Assembly: GCA_013239625.1 (NCBI GenBank)
Contig: MU053810.1
Coordinates: 815,320 to 879,319 of the forward strand
Reading direction: 5' to 3'
Source: Lama guanicoe
Taxonomy: Eukaryota
Length of the DNA: 64,000 bases
Position 1 is the stretch's first letter, and each line of letters begins with the position of its first letter. The notes beneath the pieces were generated by a model. That model was not told where the DNA came from. It saw nothing but the letters and a program-made list of their open reading frames with translations, and searched no databases. Both the position numbers and the translations under genes were made by a program. Below are positions 1-13,130 of the stretch, piece after piece.

Positions 1-1210
1 ATGTTTGCTCGACAGGCAGCAGGGTTGAATGCCGTTCTGTGTGATGGAACCAGGAGGAATGGCCACGTGGAGGCTGTAGAGACAGTGCTAAGTTCTGTGT
101 CACTGATGCATCTGCTCCTTACCGGTGCTCACAGGAACTGGAGAATGGCCAGAGCTGCACTTCCTCAGGGAACGCAATGTCACGAATAAAACATACGCTT
201 GTATTCTTGGAACAACTGAATTGTAAGGGTGCCGGTGCTGAGGAGGGGAAAGGTCACAGAGTCCAGGGCAATCCCGACAGAGGGTACAGTTCCCGGCCCG
301 TTCCAGAGAATCCCTGCTGAGATGCCCAGGGCTGGGCCAACCACTGTGCGGGGCCCTGATCAGAGGATAACCCCGGGCCCCAGGAGATATTCCACCGGCT
401 GCCCAAGGCCTGCAGCTCCAACAGAGGAGCCTCTCAGCTATTTTTAAGGATTTCCGGAAGAGGGGAATTCGTTCCTTTCTCGTGGGGAAAGGAAAGAGCA
501 GGGGAAGGTTTCTTTCTTGGGTTAGGTGAGGCTGTGTCTGTGAACTACCTGAGGCACCTGGACAGTGTTTTGCGAGGTCCCAATTCAAGGACGGTGTGCA
601 GGGCTGCAGTCCAGTCCTGAATTCCCCGGGTGTTGGGCAGTGGAGGAGACGCTCCTGTTTGCTGGAGTCGCGGAGTGGAAGTGATCATGGGCAGAATTTA
701 CCTCCCGTTTCCTGACTCTGCAGCCAGCCCAGTGAGGCATGGGGTGGGAAGGGGGATGTGAGGTTGAATAAAAGGGTGGACTGCAGGAGGTGCTTCCCAT
801 GAGGGGCCTCAAAGTGATGCTGTTCCACAAACACCTACAGACTAGGGGGGACAGGACCACAGTCCCTGACTGAAGGCCATTCTTTTGGAAAAGTATGCAA
901 CCCAGGTGATGAAATGTGAAACAGAACCCCAGGGATCTCCTCCATCAAAGATCTGGGCCAATGCTGCCCGAGTTGAATTTCTGTAATCCCTAGGATTCAA
1001 CCAGCAGAAGGAACAAGGACTTGGGTTTTTTATTTCCGCAGTGATGCAGCTTCTTCTTTTAAGACCAAAAGGCTTTAATTTAGTCTTCACCTGGGTCTGC
1101 AGCTTCTCAGGAAGTCGCAGCGTGCCTATCACCAAAGAAACCCAATTCAGACTAAATCATCTGGTGGATAGTTCAAGATTCCCCATACAGAACCCATTCT
1201 GAGTTCTGAC

Positions 1211-1211
<1 letters not shown>

Positions 1212-1247
<36 letters not shown>

Positions 1248-1250
1248 ACA
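1212..1250. repeat. (CA)n microsatellite
   Basis: Run of CA dinucleotides with one GA interruption, seen directly. Confidence 0.97.
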
Positions 1251-1447
1251 AACCAACCATGAATTGCCTGAGGGATTGGTCTCCTAATTTAAAAGGACAG
1301 TGTCTGGTCTAATGTTTACCAGGAGAACTTCAGACTAGAAAGTCCTGGATCAAAGAAAACTGCTATGATGAATTGGAAATGGGTTTAGGGGCAATGTTTC
1401 AGGACAGGAGTCAAGGGCCTTTGAGGGGATGCTTTAAAGTCAGGCAT

Positions 1448-1832
1448 TGTTGTGGGCTGAGTGATGCACCCCCACCCCAAATTCACATATTGAAATCTGA
1501 GCCCCCAATACCCCCATAATGTGACAGTATTTGGAGATAGGGCCTTTAAAGGGACAGTTAAGTTCAAATGAGGTCATTAATCCTGTAGGGTCCTAATCCA
1601 ATAGGGCTGCTGTCCTTGTAAGAAGAGGAAATCTGAACACAGACACAGAGGGAAGACCATGTGATGATGCACGGAGAAGACGGCCGTCAACACACCAAGG
1701 AGACAGGCCTCAGCAGAAACCAGCCCTGCCCATGCCCTGATGTCGGACATTGGTCCCGAGTACCATAAATGAGTGTTGTTGAAGCCTCCAGTCTGCGGTA
1801 CCCTGTGAGAGCATCCTGAGCAGAGTAACACA
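1448..1832 (+). mobile_element. MaLR solo LTR (MLT1B-like)
   Basis: TG...CA ends. Motifs 'aatgtgacagtatttggagatagggcctttaaag', 'aaatgaggtcat' and 'cctaatccaat...gtccttgtaagaagagga' match the recalled MLT1A/B consensus. Confidence 0.85.
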
Positions 1833-2613
1833 GGTGATTTGAGGTGTACCCATCAGGGGAGCATGGACGAGGTCCAGGAGAGAGAGGCAAGGCCTGGAGA
1901 TGGAAGGAATTCTCCGAAATGACCAGAGCATAAGTGGACTGTTCTAGACTAGAAAGGAAGGCTCAGGAGGGGCGAGAAGTACAGACAGTTGTAGGTCAGG
2001 CTGCATTAAGAGAACAGTCATAAGCCCGTCTAACCTCTGCTCCCAGCTGTACACCCACACCCGCCTGTCCCCTGCCCAGCTGCCTACCTGCTTCTCTTCC
2101 ATCAGGGCCTTGGCTGCCCCGGGTTCTGTGGTGTCTCCCAGGAGTGTATGTAGTTTACCAGAAGACTGCTGAAGATGGCAAAATACCTGTTCCTCCCTCC
2201 CCCAGTGACCTCCACTGGGGGAACCTCACAACAGTGGTGGAGAAAACATTTGGAGTAAAGGCCTTCACTAGGTGGCCCTCAGACTAGCTCACCTTGCGGG
2301 CCACCTGCGATTTCTACTCTTAAGGCTTCTCTGACTAAAGAAGGAAAAGATTAAAAAGAAAAAAAATTATGGGCTGTGGGATACAAAACTGAGTTTAAAA
2401 AATTGAACAAAATCCCCAGTGTGGCGTCCCCAGCTGGAGTCCTGTCTCTTACTCATTCTCTGATCTTGATTCCTCTCGTTTTTGTGTTTAGTAATCTTCA
2501 AACAACCAACAAACCAACATATTTGAAAATGGATCAAAATGGGAGGTACTACTTTTGAGTAGAGTCAGTGCACCCCAAAGTGAGGTATTTCACTACTTTG
2601 TGTCCTGGTTTTC

Positions 2614-3135
2614 TTTTCTTTTTTTTTTTTAACATTTTTAATTGATTTATAATCATTTTACAATGTTGTGTCAAATTCCAGTGTACCGCACAATTTTTCA
2701 GTTATACATGAACATATATATATTCATTGTCACGTTTTTTTCTCTGTGATCTTCCATAAGATCTTGTGTATATTTCCCTGTGCTATACAGTATAATCTTG
2801 TTTATCTATTCTACATTTTGAAATCCTGTCTATCCCTTCCCACCCTCTGCCTCCTTGGCAACCACAAGTTTGTATTCTGTGTCTATGAGTCTATTTTTGT
2901 TTTGTATTTATGCTTTGTTTTTTTGTTTTTGTTTTTAGATTCCGCATACGAGTGATCTCATATGGTATTTTTCTTTCTCTTTCTGGCTCACTTCACTTAG
3001 AATGACATTCTCCAGGAGCATCCATGTTGCTGCAAATGGCGTTATGTTGTCGGTTTTTATGGCTGAGTAGTATTCCAATGTGTAAATATACCACATCTTC
3101 TTTATCCAGTCATCTGTTGATGGACATTTAGGCTG
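2614..3135 (-). mobile_element. 5'-truncated young L1 (3' UTR and ORF2 end)
   Basis: Poly(T) at the left end followed by L1 3' sequence. 16-bp TSD with one mismatch: ttgtgtcctggttttc (2598-2613) and ttgtgtcctgattttc (3136-3151). Confidence 0.95.
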
Positions 3136-4049
3136 TTGTGTCCTGATTTTCCATGTGCAAAACTGCCGGTTATAGCAGCCATTGCCTCCTCACTCAAAAC
3201 ACCATCAGGAATATTCAAGCTAAAAAAAATCAGGTTCCCAGTAAGCAGTGGATAAGCCTGTAGCTCCAACATGCTTCTTACTAGGATTGGGAAATACAGT
3301 GAGCTGAGGCTTAAGTTCCCCTTTTTAACTTTTGAGGTTGGAGGGGTGGGGGGAATACCTATTGCTTTTTATGAAAAAACATTCATTTTGCTCAATAAAT
3401 TGTTATAATTTTCTTCCTAATAATAGGTCTGTAATAGGTTGAAATTCCCCCAAATTGTGGAAAGTATGGCTTCTCATCTCACTATAATTTGGATAATTGT
3501 AGCTAACAGCCATTCATTTAGTTGGCATCATTTGGGAGGACTGAAACTTTTCTCCTTGAGCGTCATCATTGTAAAAGTTCATGTTTGATAGAATCTCTTC
3601 AAAATCTATTCACCATCCTTTTATCTTCGCAAACATTGTCTACTGGCTACAGCTTAAACGTTTCATTCCTCAGGGTCATCATACCATTCCTTTTACACTG
3701 AGGTGTCATTGGTGGGTGGGTATCATGGGTGAGCCGCTGTGCTGGTCTTTCTGCCCTTGTGATTAAATGATCACATTTTTAGGAATCTTGTGTCTACTTC
3801 GTGCATTGCCTGTTTTTATCTGTCTGTCTGCTTCAAGTTCTGTTCCACTTGCTCTGGGAGAGTAGACATGAAGCTTGTGAGAAAATGTTTACAATTGGGT
3901 AAATTTGGCTCTGAACTACAGGGGTCAGGAGCTCTTTGGTGAAAAGATTTATAGAGTGGACATTTGTGAATGCCATTCCAGCTTGCATTACTGCCTTTCC
4001 CTGGTTTCTGTTCAGGGACTGGCGTGTTCCTACCTGGGGTTCCAAGGCT

Positions 4050-4407
4050 GGAGCACTTGAACTTCGCTAAGTCCATTAGCATATCGCATTCCCCTAGGCA
4101 TGTGATTGGTCCAGAGGTGAGCAATGGACCCATGCAGGTCCAATCAGAGTGCTCTCAGCATCTTTAGCTCATGACGCTGTGAGCACATGGTGCTCCTTCT
4201 TGGACAAGGAAGATAAAGCATCTTGCCTGGATCCATCAGCAGTCATCTTGTCACCATTAGTGGTGAGTCAGCCTTAGGATGAGGCTGATCCCAAGGAAGG
4301 CAGAATGGAGAGAATTGGAGACTTTATACGATAAATTTCCTTACCATGTAAGCCACTTTGAATCAGCTTTTCTGCTACTTACATCAAAGAGAGTCTTAAC
4401 TGAATCA
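4050..4407 (+). mobile_element. Old MaLR LTR fragment (MLT1K/J-like)
   Basis: Motifs 'gtgattggtccaga...gtccaatcagag' and 'gcagtcatcttgtcacca', with a 3' end 'taagccactttgaatcagcttttctgctactt...taactgaatca'. Confidence 0.65.
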
Positions 4408-4614
4408 TGATGGGAAAGAATTTAGTACTTGGACTTGATATAAAATCTGTTTTGGTCCCTCAGAAGATATTGTTGGCACACTGCATGGTCATACCTGGGT
4501 GTTTATTCTTTAAATGGTGCATGTGCATTATATGCAGTTTTGTGTGTATGATATTTCACTGTAAAGAAGAAAATAGTTAATGCCATCATTCACCCATCAA
4601 GGCAGACTAACCAA

Positions 4615-5525
4615 TGACATGCATCAAAAATATTTATTGAACGTCTATTCTGTGTCAGACACAGTCTAGGTCTTAGGGATAGAGACGGAGTACAAGCCAA
4701 AACTCCTCACTCAAAAAGATGCAATATTAAAAGAACAAAGGATCTAGAGGAATATCAGGTAGTGATGTGTGCTATAAAGAAGAGTAAAGAAGGTTAAGGG
4801 AAAGATGAAGAAATGCTGTTATTTTAGGCAGCATGGCCGAGAAGTCCTCTCTGATGAGGTGACATATGAGTAGAGACCTGAAAGAAGTGAGAGTGAGCCT
4901 TGCAGATGTTGAGGGCCTCAGAAACAGCTCTTCAGACATGGGGAATGGTGCGTGCAAAGGTCCTGAGGTCGGAGTGAGCCCAGCATGCTCTGGACACAGC
5001 ATGGAAGTGGGTGGGCTGGAGTGCAAAGAGTAGGAAAGAAGGCACCAGAAAGGTAGCCAGGAACACAGCCTCCTATGCTGTGGCCAGAAGTTTGATTATG
5101 TTTACAGAGGGATGGGGTCTGTCTGGAAGATTCTGAAGGAATATTCCTATCTGACTTAGTATTTAACAGCTGGCCATTGGGTGCGGAGCACAGTGTGTAG
5201 GGAGTAAGGGTGGACATGGAGGCAGTTAGGAGGCCTTTGCATTATTGCAAGTGAGAGAAACAGTTCCTGGACTCCAGTGCAGCAGAAGGGATGGTGAAAG
5301 GGTGGTTCAGAACCCAAAGCTGAGCCTAGAATTTGTCAGGCAATGTGAATAGGATGTGGCATGAGAGACAACAAGAGGGATCAAGAATGCTTCCAAGTTT
5401 TCCCCTTTGGAACATTTGGAGGAGGAGCAGGTGTGGGGAGAGAACCAAGAGTCTTGTTCCAGGCATGTTAAATTTGTGATGCCTGACTGGACGTTTCAAG
5501 CGGAGCCCTGGTGGGCAGAACTGGG
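4615..5525 (-). mobile_element. L2 LINE 3' region
   Basis: 'aaatatttattgaacgtctattctgtgtcagacac' is the reverse complement of the L2 tail, followed by L2-body motifs such as 'gtgcaaaggtcctgagg' and 'ggaggcagttaggaggc'. Confidence 0.8.
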
Positions 5526-5607
5526 AAGAACAGAGGGAAACTTTATTTAGCCTCCCCATTGACGGGTCCCCTCAGTGACTGGTGGGAAACGAAAAACAAA
5601 TGAAGTG

Positions 5608-6066
5608 TGTGAACAAAAAAAAGTAGCCTGCTATTTTAAGTAAACAAAGGATGTTGCTCACGAACAAGCCATCAGCCACTTCTGGTTTGCCCTGAGGGGA
5701 ATTCAGGATGGAGAAACATGGGAGACTGGCCCTAGGTAGTTAAGGTTCACATCAAAGGAATGAGTTCAATGAGCCTAGACTCTTGCATCTTCCTATACAG
5801 AGAGAAGCACTAACACCATTAACTTGAGATACCTTTTTTTTTGTGATTGGCAGAGTCAATCTTTTGATGTTCCAGTACCTTTTTTATTTTTTTTTTCTCA
5901 GCAAATACTTGTGCATGGTCTAGCTCCTCTGTCACCTCTTTGGATCAGTCCCTCAGAGCTAACTGGGAGGCGGCCTTCCTGGGCTATAGTCCTCCCTGAG
6001 GTCCCCGACTAAAACAAAACTCTCAACTTTTAGGTTGTCTGGTTTTTTTTTTTTTTTCACTTGACA
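5608..6066 (+). mobile_element. ERV1-class solo LTR, 459 bp
   Basis: Starts TGTGAAC and ends TTGACA, with a perfect 4-bp TSD AGTG (5604-5607, 6067-6070). A 4-bp TSD is typical of ERV1. Family not identified; strand inferred. Confidence 0.75.
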
Positions 6067-7529
6067 AGTGGATGGAAATTTTATGAACACTGGTGGTCTT
6101 TCCTACAATGTCCAAAATGTAGTGGCTCTCAAACTTCAGAGGGAGCTGCCTAAAATGGCCAGATTCCCTGTGTAGGATCAGGAACTTGTGCCCTTGGCGG
6201 ATGGAGCATGGGTGATGGGAAACACCCCCGAGATGTGCTCCTTGCATAGCACCATCAGCCTCTACCAGACCCTTCCAGCCTCACTTCCATGCCGCTAGCT
6301 TCAGCATCCTTCTCAGTAGCAACAGGCACAGCCCTGAAAGAGGAGAACACACCAGTTGTTGCATGCTACTTTTTGTCCCCAAAGTCCTTTTGCACATGTG
6401 GATTCTGCCCTTCTGCAGGGATGCCGTTCTCCCTAAGTGACTTGGGAGCCATAAATACATCAGTCATATTGGGAGCAGATTAGGACAGTATTGCCTGTGA
6501 CTTTACAGGATGCGGGAGTCCTTGCCCTGGGTGCTTGGTCACCTCTCACCTCTGACCTGGAGGCAGCCCAGGGCAGCAGAAGCAGCAGTGGGCATGAAAC
6601 CCAAGGCCGCGCTGGACCCCTGGGCTCTGCTTCTCCTCTTCTGTGAGACACATCTGTACCCTCACCCTTGGGCTGCTTCCAAAGGAACACCTCACATAAA
6701 TGTTCCAGGAGCTCAAATGATAAAATGCTCACTTAACCTAGCTGAATGCCTTCCCACTTTCCAAACAGGGGAGGACCAAGAGGAGAGGTTTGAGAGAGCA
6801 CGAATTACTCTCCAGCTGATCTTGGAATCCTCCGTGGAAGGATTAAGGTTGCTTTGAGCCAAAACACCTCCCTGGAGCTTTGCATTCAAATGAGCTATAA
6901 TTCCTGCTGCAGCCTCACTAGTCCTTTCCTGCAGGGCTTTCTTCTTTGGCTGTGATCGATATGAATGGCTTTAATTCTGCCTTCCTCCCTCGGGCCTGGG
7001 GTTCTCTTCTTTAGGCCACCTTTCTCAGCGAGGAAACAGTTTTCATTGTCTATGGCAGGTTTTTCTAGGTTTGTTTTCAATTCAGACCTTCACGTTGGTT
7101 TTTCTTGGATTGTTTTAAGAAGAATGAGACGCCTACCACAGGCAGAGCGGGATCCAAGACCCTGAAGCTCGTTGTGGTCTTTTCCTGTTGTTTTCTCTTG
7201 AGAGCATTTAACCTCCGTGCGTCAGTTCCCTGCGATTCTAGGTAATATTTTGTGTGAATAGGAGGGTGTGCTTTATTTAGCCCAGATAAAGATGTCATAA
7301 CTCTCATCAGGCTTTCAATATGTTCTTACTAAAATACATTTGGAAACATTCAGAAACCCTGCTTAACCATTCTGGGGATTACCACTTTGGGCGAATCTGG
7401 TGACCAAGCCTTACAATACAAGGAACAAACATTATCGTGTCTTCTAGAGACTATAGGAAAAAGGCGGTCTCCTCCCCTAGAACCACAGAGCGTTTGAACT
7501 AAAAATGATTCTCACTTCCCCACCCCTTC

Positions 7530-7655
7530 CTCATTGTACAGATGTGGAAATGGACGTCTCAAAATGGTAGATGATCTGCCCCAAATCTCACAGCCGGGGA
7601 GCTGCAGAGCCGGGACTAGAAGCCACGTCTTGTGGTTCTTGACTCAGTCTTCTGC
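7530..7655 (-). mobile_element. MIR SINE fragment
   Basis: Degenerate MIR core 'cattgtacagatgtggaaatg...ctcacagc...gcagagccgggactagaa'. Confidence 0.65.
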
Positions 7656-8933
7656 TCACTCACCTTCCCCATTCCACCGGCAGCAAGGTGACATCCAGCC
7701 CTCCCTCATGTTCAGCTTCCCAAACGCTTCTCTCTTTCCCAGGACGCGCTGGTTTATTCTCTCCAATGAAAGCAACGTCCTTCCAAGTACCTACGTAATA
7801 TTCAGTAATTGACAAGGAATCTTCCAAGCCATATAAAGGGTCTGGATGTCATGAACAAGAGAAGTTATTTCTTGTCCTTTCCAGCCTACAGAGATCACTC
7901 CTGTGCTTTTCGCAGACTCCAGCCATTGCATCATTTGTTAGGCCTTGTACCCATGCTCCCCATTTCTCCAGGATTTGGGGGCCCTTGAAGGCAAGGACCT
8001 TCTCTTGAATGGTTTTCTATCTGAGAGGATCGAGCACACAGGTCTTAGCACTGTTTGTACATTTCATTACACTTTTAGGACACTGTCTAGGTGTCACCAG
8101 TGTGGACCATAGTTCCTGAACTCAAATGCCTTCAAGGGTCAGGAAGGTAATGAAGCAAAACGAATGTAGGACCATAGGGGCAGCAGAAAATTGGGGAATT
8201 CGTGACCCATCACATTAAAAAAACCAACCCACTTCAGAGGCCTAATTTCCAGCTGTTGTGGCATGAAAAGGTCAGCAAATCCTCTCCTCCCGAGACAGTG
8301 TGAAAGTGGACAGCAGTCTCGGAACCAGTCACTTCTGGGCTTGGAAAGGAGAGGAGCCAAAGGGAGAGGAGCACTTACTCACAGAAACCAGAGCCTCAGG
8401 CGAGAACAGCGGGGTCCGCAGCCTTGTTGTCTGGGCTGCCTCCATCCCAGCCCTCTTCCCAATTCTTTTCCTCTGTTTCTTAAAAAAAATCTTATTCTGA
8501 TGGCGGGGGTTGAGTCTATTAAAAAGCTTACATTCCAAATGTTCAAATGCACTTTGAAATTCAGCTCTTCTCTTGGGTCCACTGAACCATTGTAGAATTG
8601 TATCTAATTACTTCCCTGAAAAGCCATGGAATACCTTTCAGCGTCTCTGAAGTCCAGCCCGATTCCCCCTGCCCCAGACATCAGGGAACTACAGTTTGGC
8701 CTGGTCAGTCATGTGAGGGGCGGGCCGGGCGTGTCCGTGTGTGCGCGCGCACGCTCACCTGGGGGTGGGGGAGAGTTTTCTGCTGTGTGTTATCTGCCAG
8801 TGAATAGAGAGACCCACCTCGTAAATGAGCCACCTTAGTCCTCCACAGACACATGTGTGCCGCACCTGGACACCAGACGCGTGGTTGGCCGGGCCACTCT
8901 CCTGGCCTTGATTCCCTCCTTTGCTGGCTTCTG

Positions 8934-9675
8934 TTTTCTTTTTTGCTTTTAATTAAAGTTTACAATGTTGTGTCAATTTCTGGTGTACAGCACAATGCTT
9001 CATTCATACATGAATATTCATTTTCATCATGAGCTACTACAGGATATCAAATGTAGTTCCCTGTGCTATACAGTATAAACTTGTTTATCTATTTTATATA
9101 TACCAGTCGGTATCTGCAAATCTCAAACTCCCAATTTATCCCTTTCCATCTCCCTCCCCCCTGGTAACTATAAGTTTGTTTTCTATGTCTGTGAGTCTGT
9201 TTCTGTTTTATAATTAAGTTCATTTGTCTTTGGTTGTTTTTAGATTCCACATATGAGTGATATCATATGGTATTTTTCTTTCTCTTTCTAGATTACTTCA
9301 CTTAGAATGACATTCTCTAGGGCCATCCATGTTGCTGCACATGGCATTATTTTATTACTTTTTATGGCTGAGTAGTATTCCATTGTGTAAATAAATCACA
9401 ACTTCTTTATCCAGTCATCTGTTGATGGACATTTAGGCTGTTTCCATGTCTTGGCTGTTGTTAATAGTGCTGCTGTGAACATTGGGGTGCAGGTGTCTTT
9501 TTGAATTAAGGTTCCCTCTGGATATATGCCCAGGAGTGGGATTCCTGGGTCATATGGTAAGTTTATTTTTTAGTCTTTTGAGGAATCTCCATACTGTTTT
9601 CTATAATGGCTGCACCAAACTGCGTTCCCACCAACAGTGTAGGAGGGTTCCCTTTTTTCCCCACCGTCTCCATTT
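8934..9675 (-). mobile_element. 5'-truncated L1 (3' UTR and ORF2 C-terminus)
   Basis: L1 3' sequence flanked by a perfect 15-bp TSD ctttgctggcttctg (8919-8933, 9676-9690). Confidence 0.95.
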
Positions 9676-10143
9676 CTTTGCTGGCTTCTGATCAATATGA
9701 CCAGTGGGCATTTGTGCCAGGCCTGGGGTTACTCCTGTGGCCTTGTAGATATCGGGGTGCTCCATCCCAGCATACTCAGGGCCCTAAGAGGTGCCCCAGG
9801 AGGTCAGCAGTACTGTCTTTAATCCTGGATGAAGAGTCCACCCCTAGCCCTTTCAGTGAACGACCAAGACACACGCTGTACCTAAGGGGCACCCCCCTTG
9901 CTTCTGAGGAGTCAGGTGACATGGCAGGTGGTTATGGAGGACCAGAAGTGGAAAGGGTGTGCACAAGGGTAAACTACCACTCTAAGAGGAAATCCTCTGC
10001 TACTGTGCAAACTAGCTGCTGTCTCTGAACCTCAGAGATGACTTTGCACTCTGAGGAGCCCAAGAGGATGGATGGGGCAGTGAGGGCTTGAGAATGGTAG
10101 GGACACCTGGGCTGTGCATCAACAAACCTGAGTTCTGGTCCGA

Positions 10144-10615
10144 TGTGGTAGGCAGAATGACAGTCCCCCAAAATGTCCATGTCCTTATTCCTGAAACCTG
10201 TGAATATGTTACTTTATGTGGCAAAAGGGACTTTGCCCGTGGGATTAAGTTAAGAATTGTGAACTGGGAAGAGATGCCTGGATTGTCCAGGTGAGTCCAA
10301 TATAACCACAAGAGGGAGGCAGGAGGGTCAGAACCCATGAAGACGTGGTCAGGGAGCAGAGGTTGGGGCAATGTGATTGCTGGTGGGAGTTGCAAGACAA
10401 AGGCTGTGGGCAGTTTGTAGACGCTGGAAAAGGCAAAGAAACAGGTTCTCCCCGGAGCTTCCAGGAGCGATGTGGTCCTGCCAACGCCTTGGTTTTAGTC
10501 CAGTGAAAAGCCATGTTGGACTTCTGACCTCTGGAACTGTGAGGCAATACATTTGAGGTTTTTAAGCAACTAAGTTTGTGGTCCCTTGTTATAACAACAA
10601 GAGGAAGTGAATACA
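10144..10615 (+). mobile_element. MaLR solo LTR (MLT1D-like)
   Basis: Starts tgtggtaggcagaat, contains 'cctgtgaatatgttactttatgtggcaaaagggactttgc', ends gaataca. Flanks tccga/tctga fit a 5-bp TSD with CpG decay. Confidence 0.9.
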
Positions 10616-11669
10616 TCTGACACCTGCCATTAACAGAGGGAGCTCTCTGCCTCGGGAGGGTAATCCCTTTTTCTTGGCCTAAAAGGCATTACATTAGGGA
10701 GCATGATGATTTTCAAACATTTAATAGAAAATTTAAAGGAGCAGGGTAGTTGCCTTACTTGAAATCATATGTGGAAGCCCAGTGTGAGGCAGATGAGAGT
10801 GGAGATTTTTGGTGGCTTGGGGCCTGCTGGGCAGGGCTGGCAGAAGGCGTGGGCAGGGCTGGAGATATCTGTTGCTATTGACCTTGTCTTTGGGGGAAGG
10901 CAGGCATTTGTGTACTTGCTTGGTTGACAGCTTCTGGCACACACCAAAAACTCACTGGAATTGCGTAGAATTTAAGCTGCTATTGTTATAAATGAGCCTT
11001 TACACATGGATCTTATCTGGGGTGCTCTACACAACTCGTACGAGTAGACCTCATCTTCAAGGCATGTGCATTTCTTCCAAGATCCTCGTTTCAAGCCCCT
11101 ACCCTTTGCGAGCCTAAGCCTGGGGGGGATGGTCATCTCTCTCATACAAATAGCCATCAATGCGACACATCTAGAAAGAGCTACAACCAGTTTCCCATTG
11201 TTCCTGAAATTAACTTGTCTAGCCTTCCAGATCCCCCAGGTGTCCGTGGGGAAGGTCCACTCTCCTCGGAGTTTGCCTTTGGATTTTCTTTGGTTGCTCT
11301 TGAAGCCTAGCCAGGTTCCAAACCCGTGCCTGAGTTTCAGGTGTCTCAAGTTGGGGACCTCCTGCGAGATCGTGCTCCAAAAGTGGATAAGAGGGCAGAC
11401 ACATTTTCTCACTGGCACTAAAATTCTCTGGGAGGATGCCAAGGGCAGCATAAGCCCAACCCGACTGAGAAATCAAAGCATCATTTAAAAAAACAAACAA
11501 ATAAGTTTCACGGGCTAGGATTTCAACTCCCTTCTTAAAAGTAACAAAACAAACACAGGCGTGGGGGAGGTTTATTGGCTGTGAACTTGTGTGTGCTGTA
11601 CAGGAAAATTTTCTGCTTGGTCACTGGGTCTCTCTCTCTCCTCCTCTTGATATGATGTGTAAGAATCAA

Positions 11670-11802
11670 TGGAGGATCTGGTTAAAATTGCAAATACCCG
11701 CATTCCCCCAAGCCCAGAGATTCTGCTTCAGCAGGTCTGGCATGAAACATTCCAGGCGATCCTAACATGCATAGTTCCAGTGGGAAATTTTGACAGCCAT
11801 TG
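11670..11802. mobile_element. MER5-like hAT DNA transposon fragment
   Basis: 'cccagagattctgcttcagcaggtctgg...ccaggcgatcctaacatgca' resembles the recalled MER5A core. Confidence 0.5.
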
Positions 11803-12029
11803 ACAAGTGCGTCTGAACTACCAACGTGGAGACCGCTTTAAGCCCCCTCTTGGACATGCTAACAAGTGGGACCCTCATGCATACTTCTTTTTATTTCCTG
11901 CAGTGCCTCTCTCTACAAAATTTTATTAGGTAACTGCATAGTAGTTCTCTAATAAAAAGAAAAGTCATATTTTTTGCTATATAGCATTATGTTATATAAT
12001 GTCAGCTCTAAACACATTATAATCTAATG

Positions 12030-12540
12030 CCTTTTGCATGGGGCTGTCCAGTTTTCCCAACACCATTTATTGAAGAGACTGTCCTTTGCCATTGTATATT
12101 CTTGGCTCCTTTGCTGTAAATTCATTGACCGTATATGCGTGGGTTTGCTGCTGGGCTCTCTGTTCTGTTCCATCCACTTATGTGTCTGTTTTTATGCCAA
12201 TGACCATACCGCTATGATTACTGTAACTTGTAATGTAGTTTGAAATCAGGAAACATGATGCCTCCAGCTTTGTCTTCTTTCTCCAGATTGCTTTGGCTAT
12301 TCAGGGTCTTCTGTGGTTCCATGCAGATTTTAGGACGTTTTGTTCTCTTTCTGTGAAACATGCCATTGGAATTTTGAATAGAAATTGCACTGAATTTATA
12401 GATGGCTTTGCGTAGTAGGGACATTTTAATAATATTATTTCTTCCAATTCAAGATCATGGAATATCCTTCTGTTTATTTGTGTCTTCTTCAGTTTCTTTC
12501 ACCAGTGTCTTGTGGTTTTCAGCGTAGAGGTCTTTCCCCC
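12030..12540 (-). mobile_element. Decayed L1 ORF2 fragment
   Basis: Minus ORF 12218-12424 reads KAIYKFSAISI...AGGIMFPDFKLHYK, matching L1 ORF2 KAIYRFNAIPI...AGGITLPDFKLYYK, with a frameshift. Confidence 0.92.
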
Positions 12541-12736
12541 TCAAGGGGAATTCTTGAATCCCACACTCCATTCAGCTCTCTGTTTCTTGATTTTCTCTCC
12601 TTCATGGTTAAGCATCCTTCTCCTTGGCCTCAGCTCCTTTCGCAGTCCTCTCACTGATTGTAAGGAGCTCTCCAAGCAAAGCCAGAAATGGCTGAACCAA
12701 GATAAAAAGCAGAATTCCCCTCCTTGCAGAGAGCAT

Positions 12737-13130
12737 GTTCATTCATTCATTCACTCACTCACTCATTCATTTGTCCATTCCACGAATAATTGTTGAGAAC
12801 GCGCTTACTCCAGGCATGTCCTTGAAATCAGGAGTCCAGAGATGAACAAGAGAGACAGGGTCCCTAGCTTCATGCAACGTATATTCTAGTGCAAGAAAAT
12901 AGACAAGGAAGAGAGGGAGGGAAAAGAAAAAAGAAAAAGCATCAGTGCTGTAGTTGCTGAGAAGGGAATTAAAGTAAGATGGTGGACAGTGTGACCAGAG
13001 GGCTCTGAATTGGGTGGTTAGGAGAAGGCTGTCTCAGATTAAACATCAGAAAATTATCTGAACATCAAGAAGTCATCAGTGCAAACATCAGAAAGAGTGG
13101 TGTTCAGCCAAGAGGGACCATGTGCTCAGG
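12737..13130 (-). mobile_element. L2 3' fragment with (TTCA)n tail
   Basis: ttcattcattc... tail followed by the L2-like 'gatgaacaagagagacagggtccc'. Confidence 0.65.

Noticed and set aside
10972..11500. Overlapping 140-159 aa ORFs on both strands
   Set aside because: No recognisable domain or gene structure; lengths are compatible with chance.
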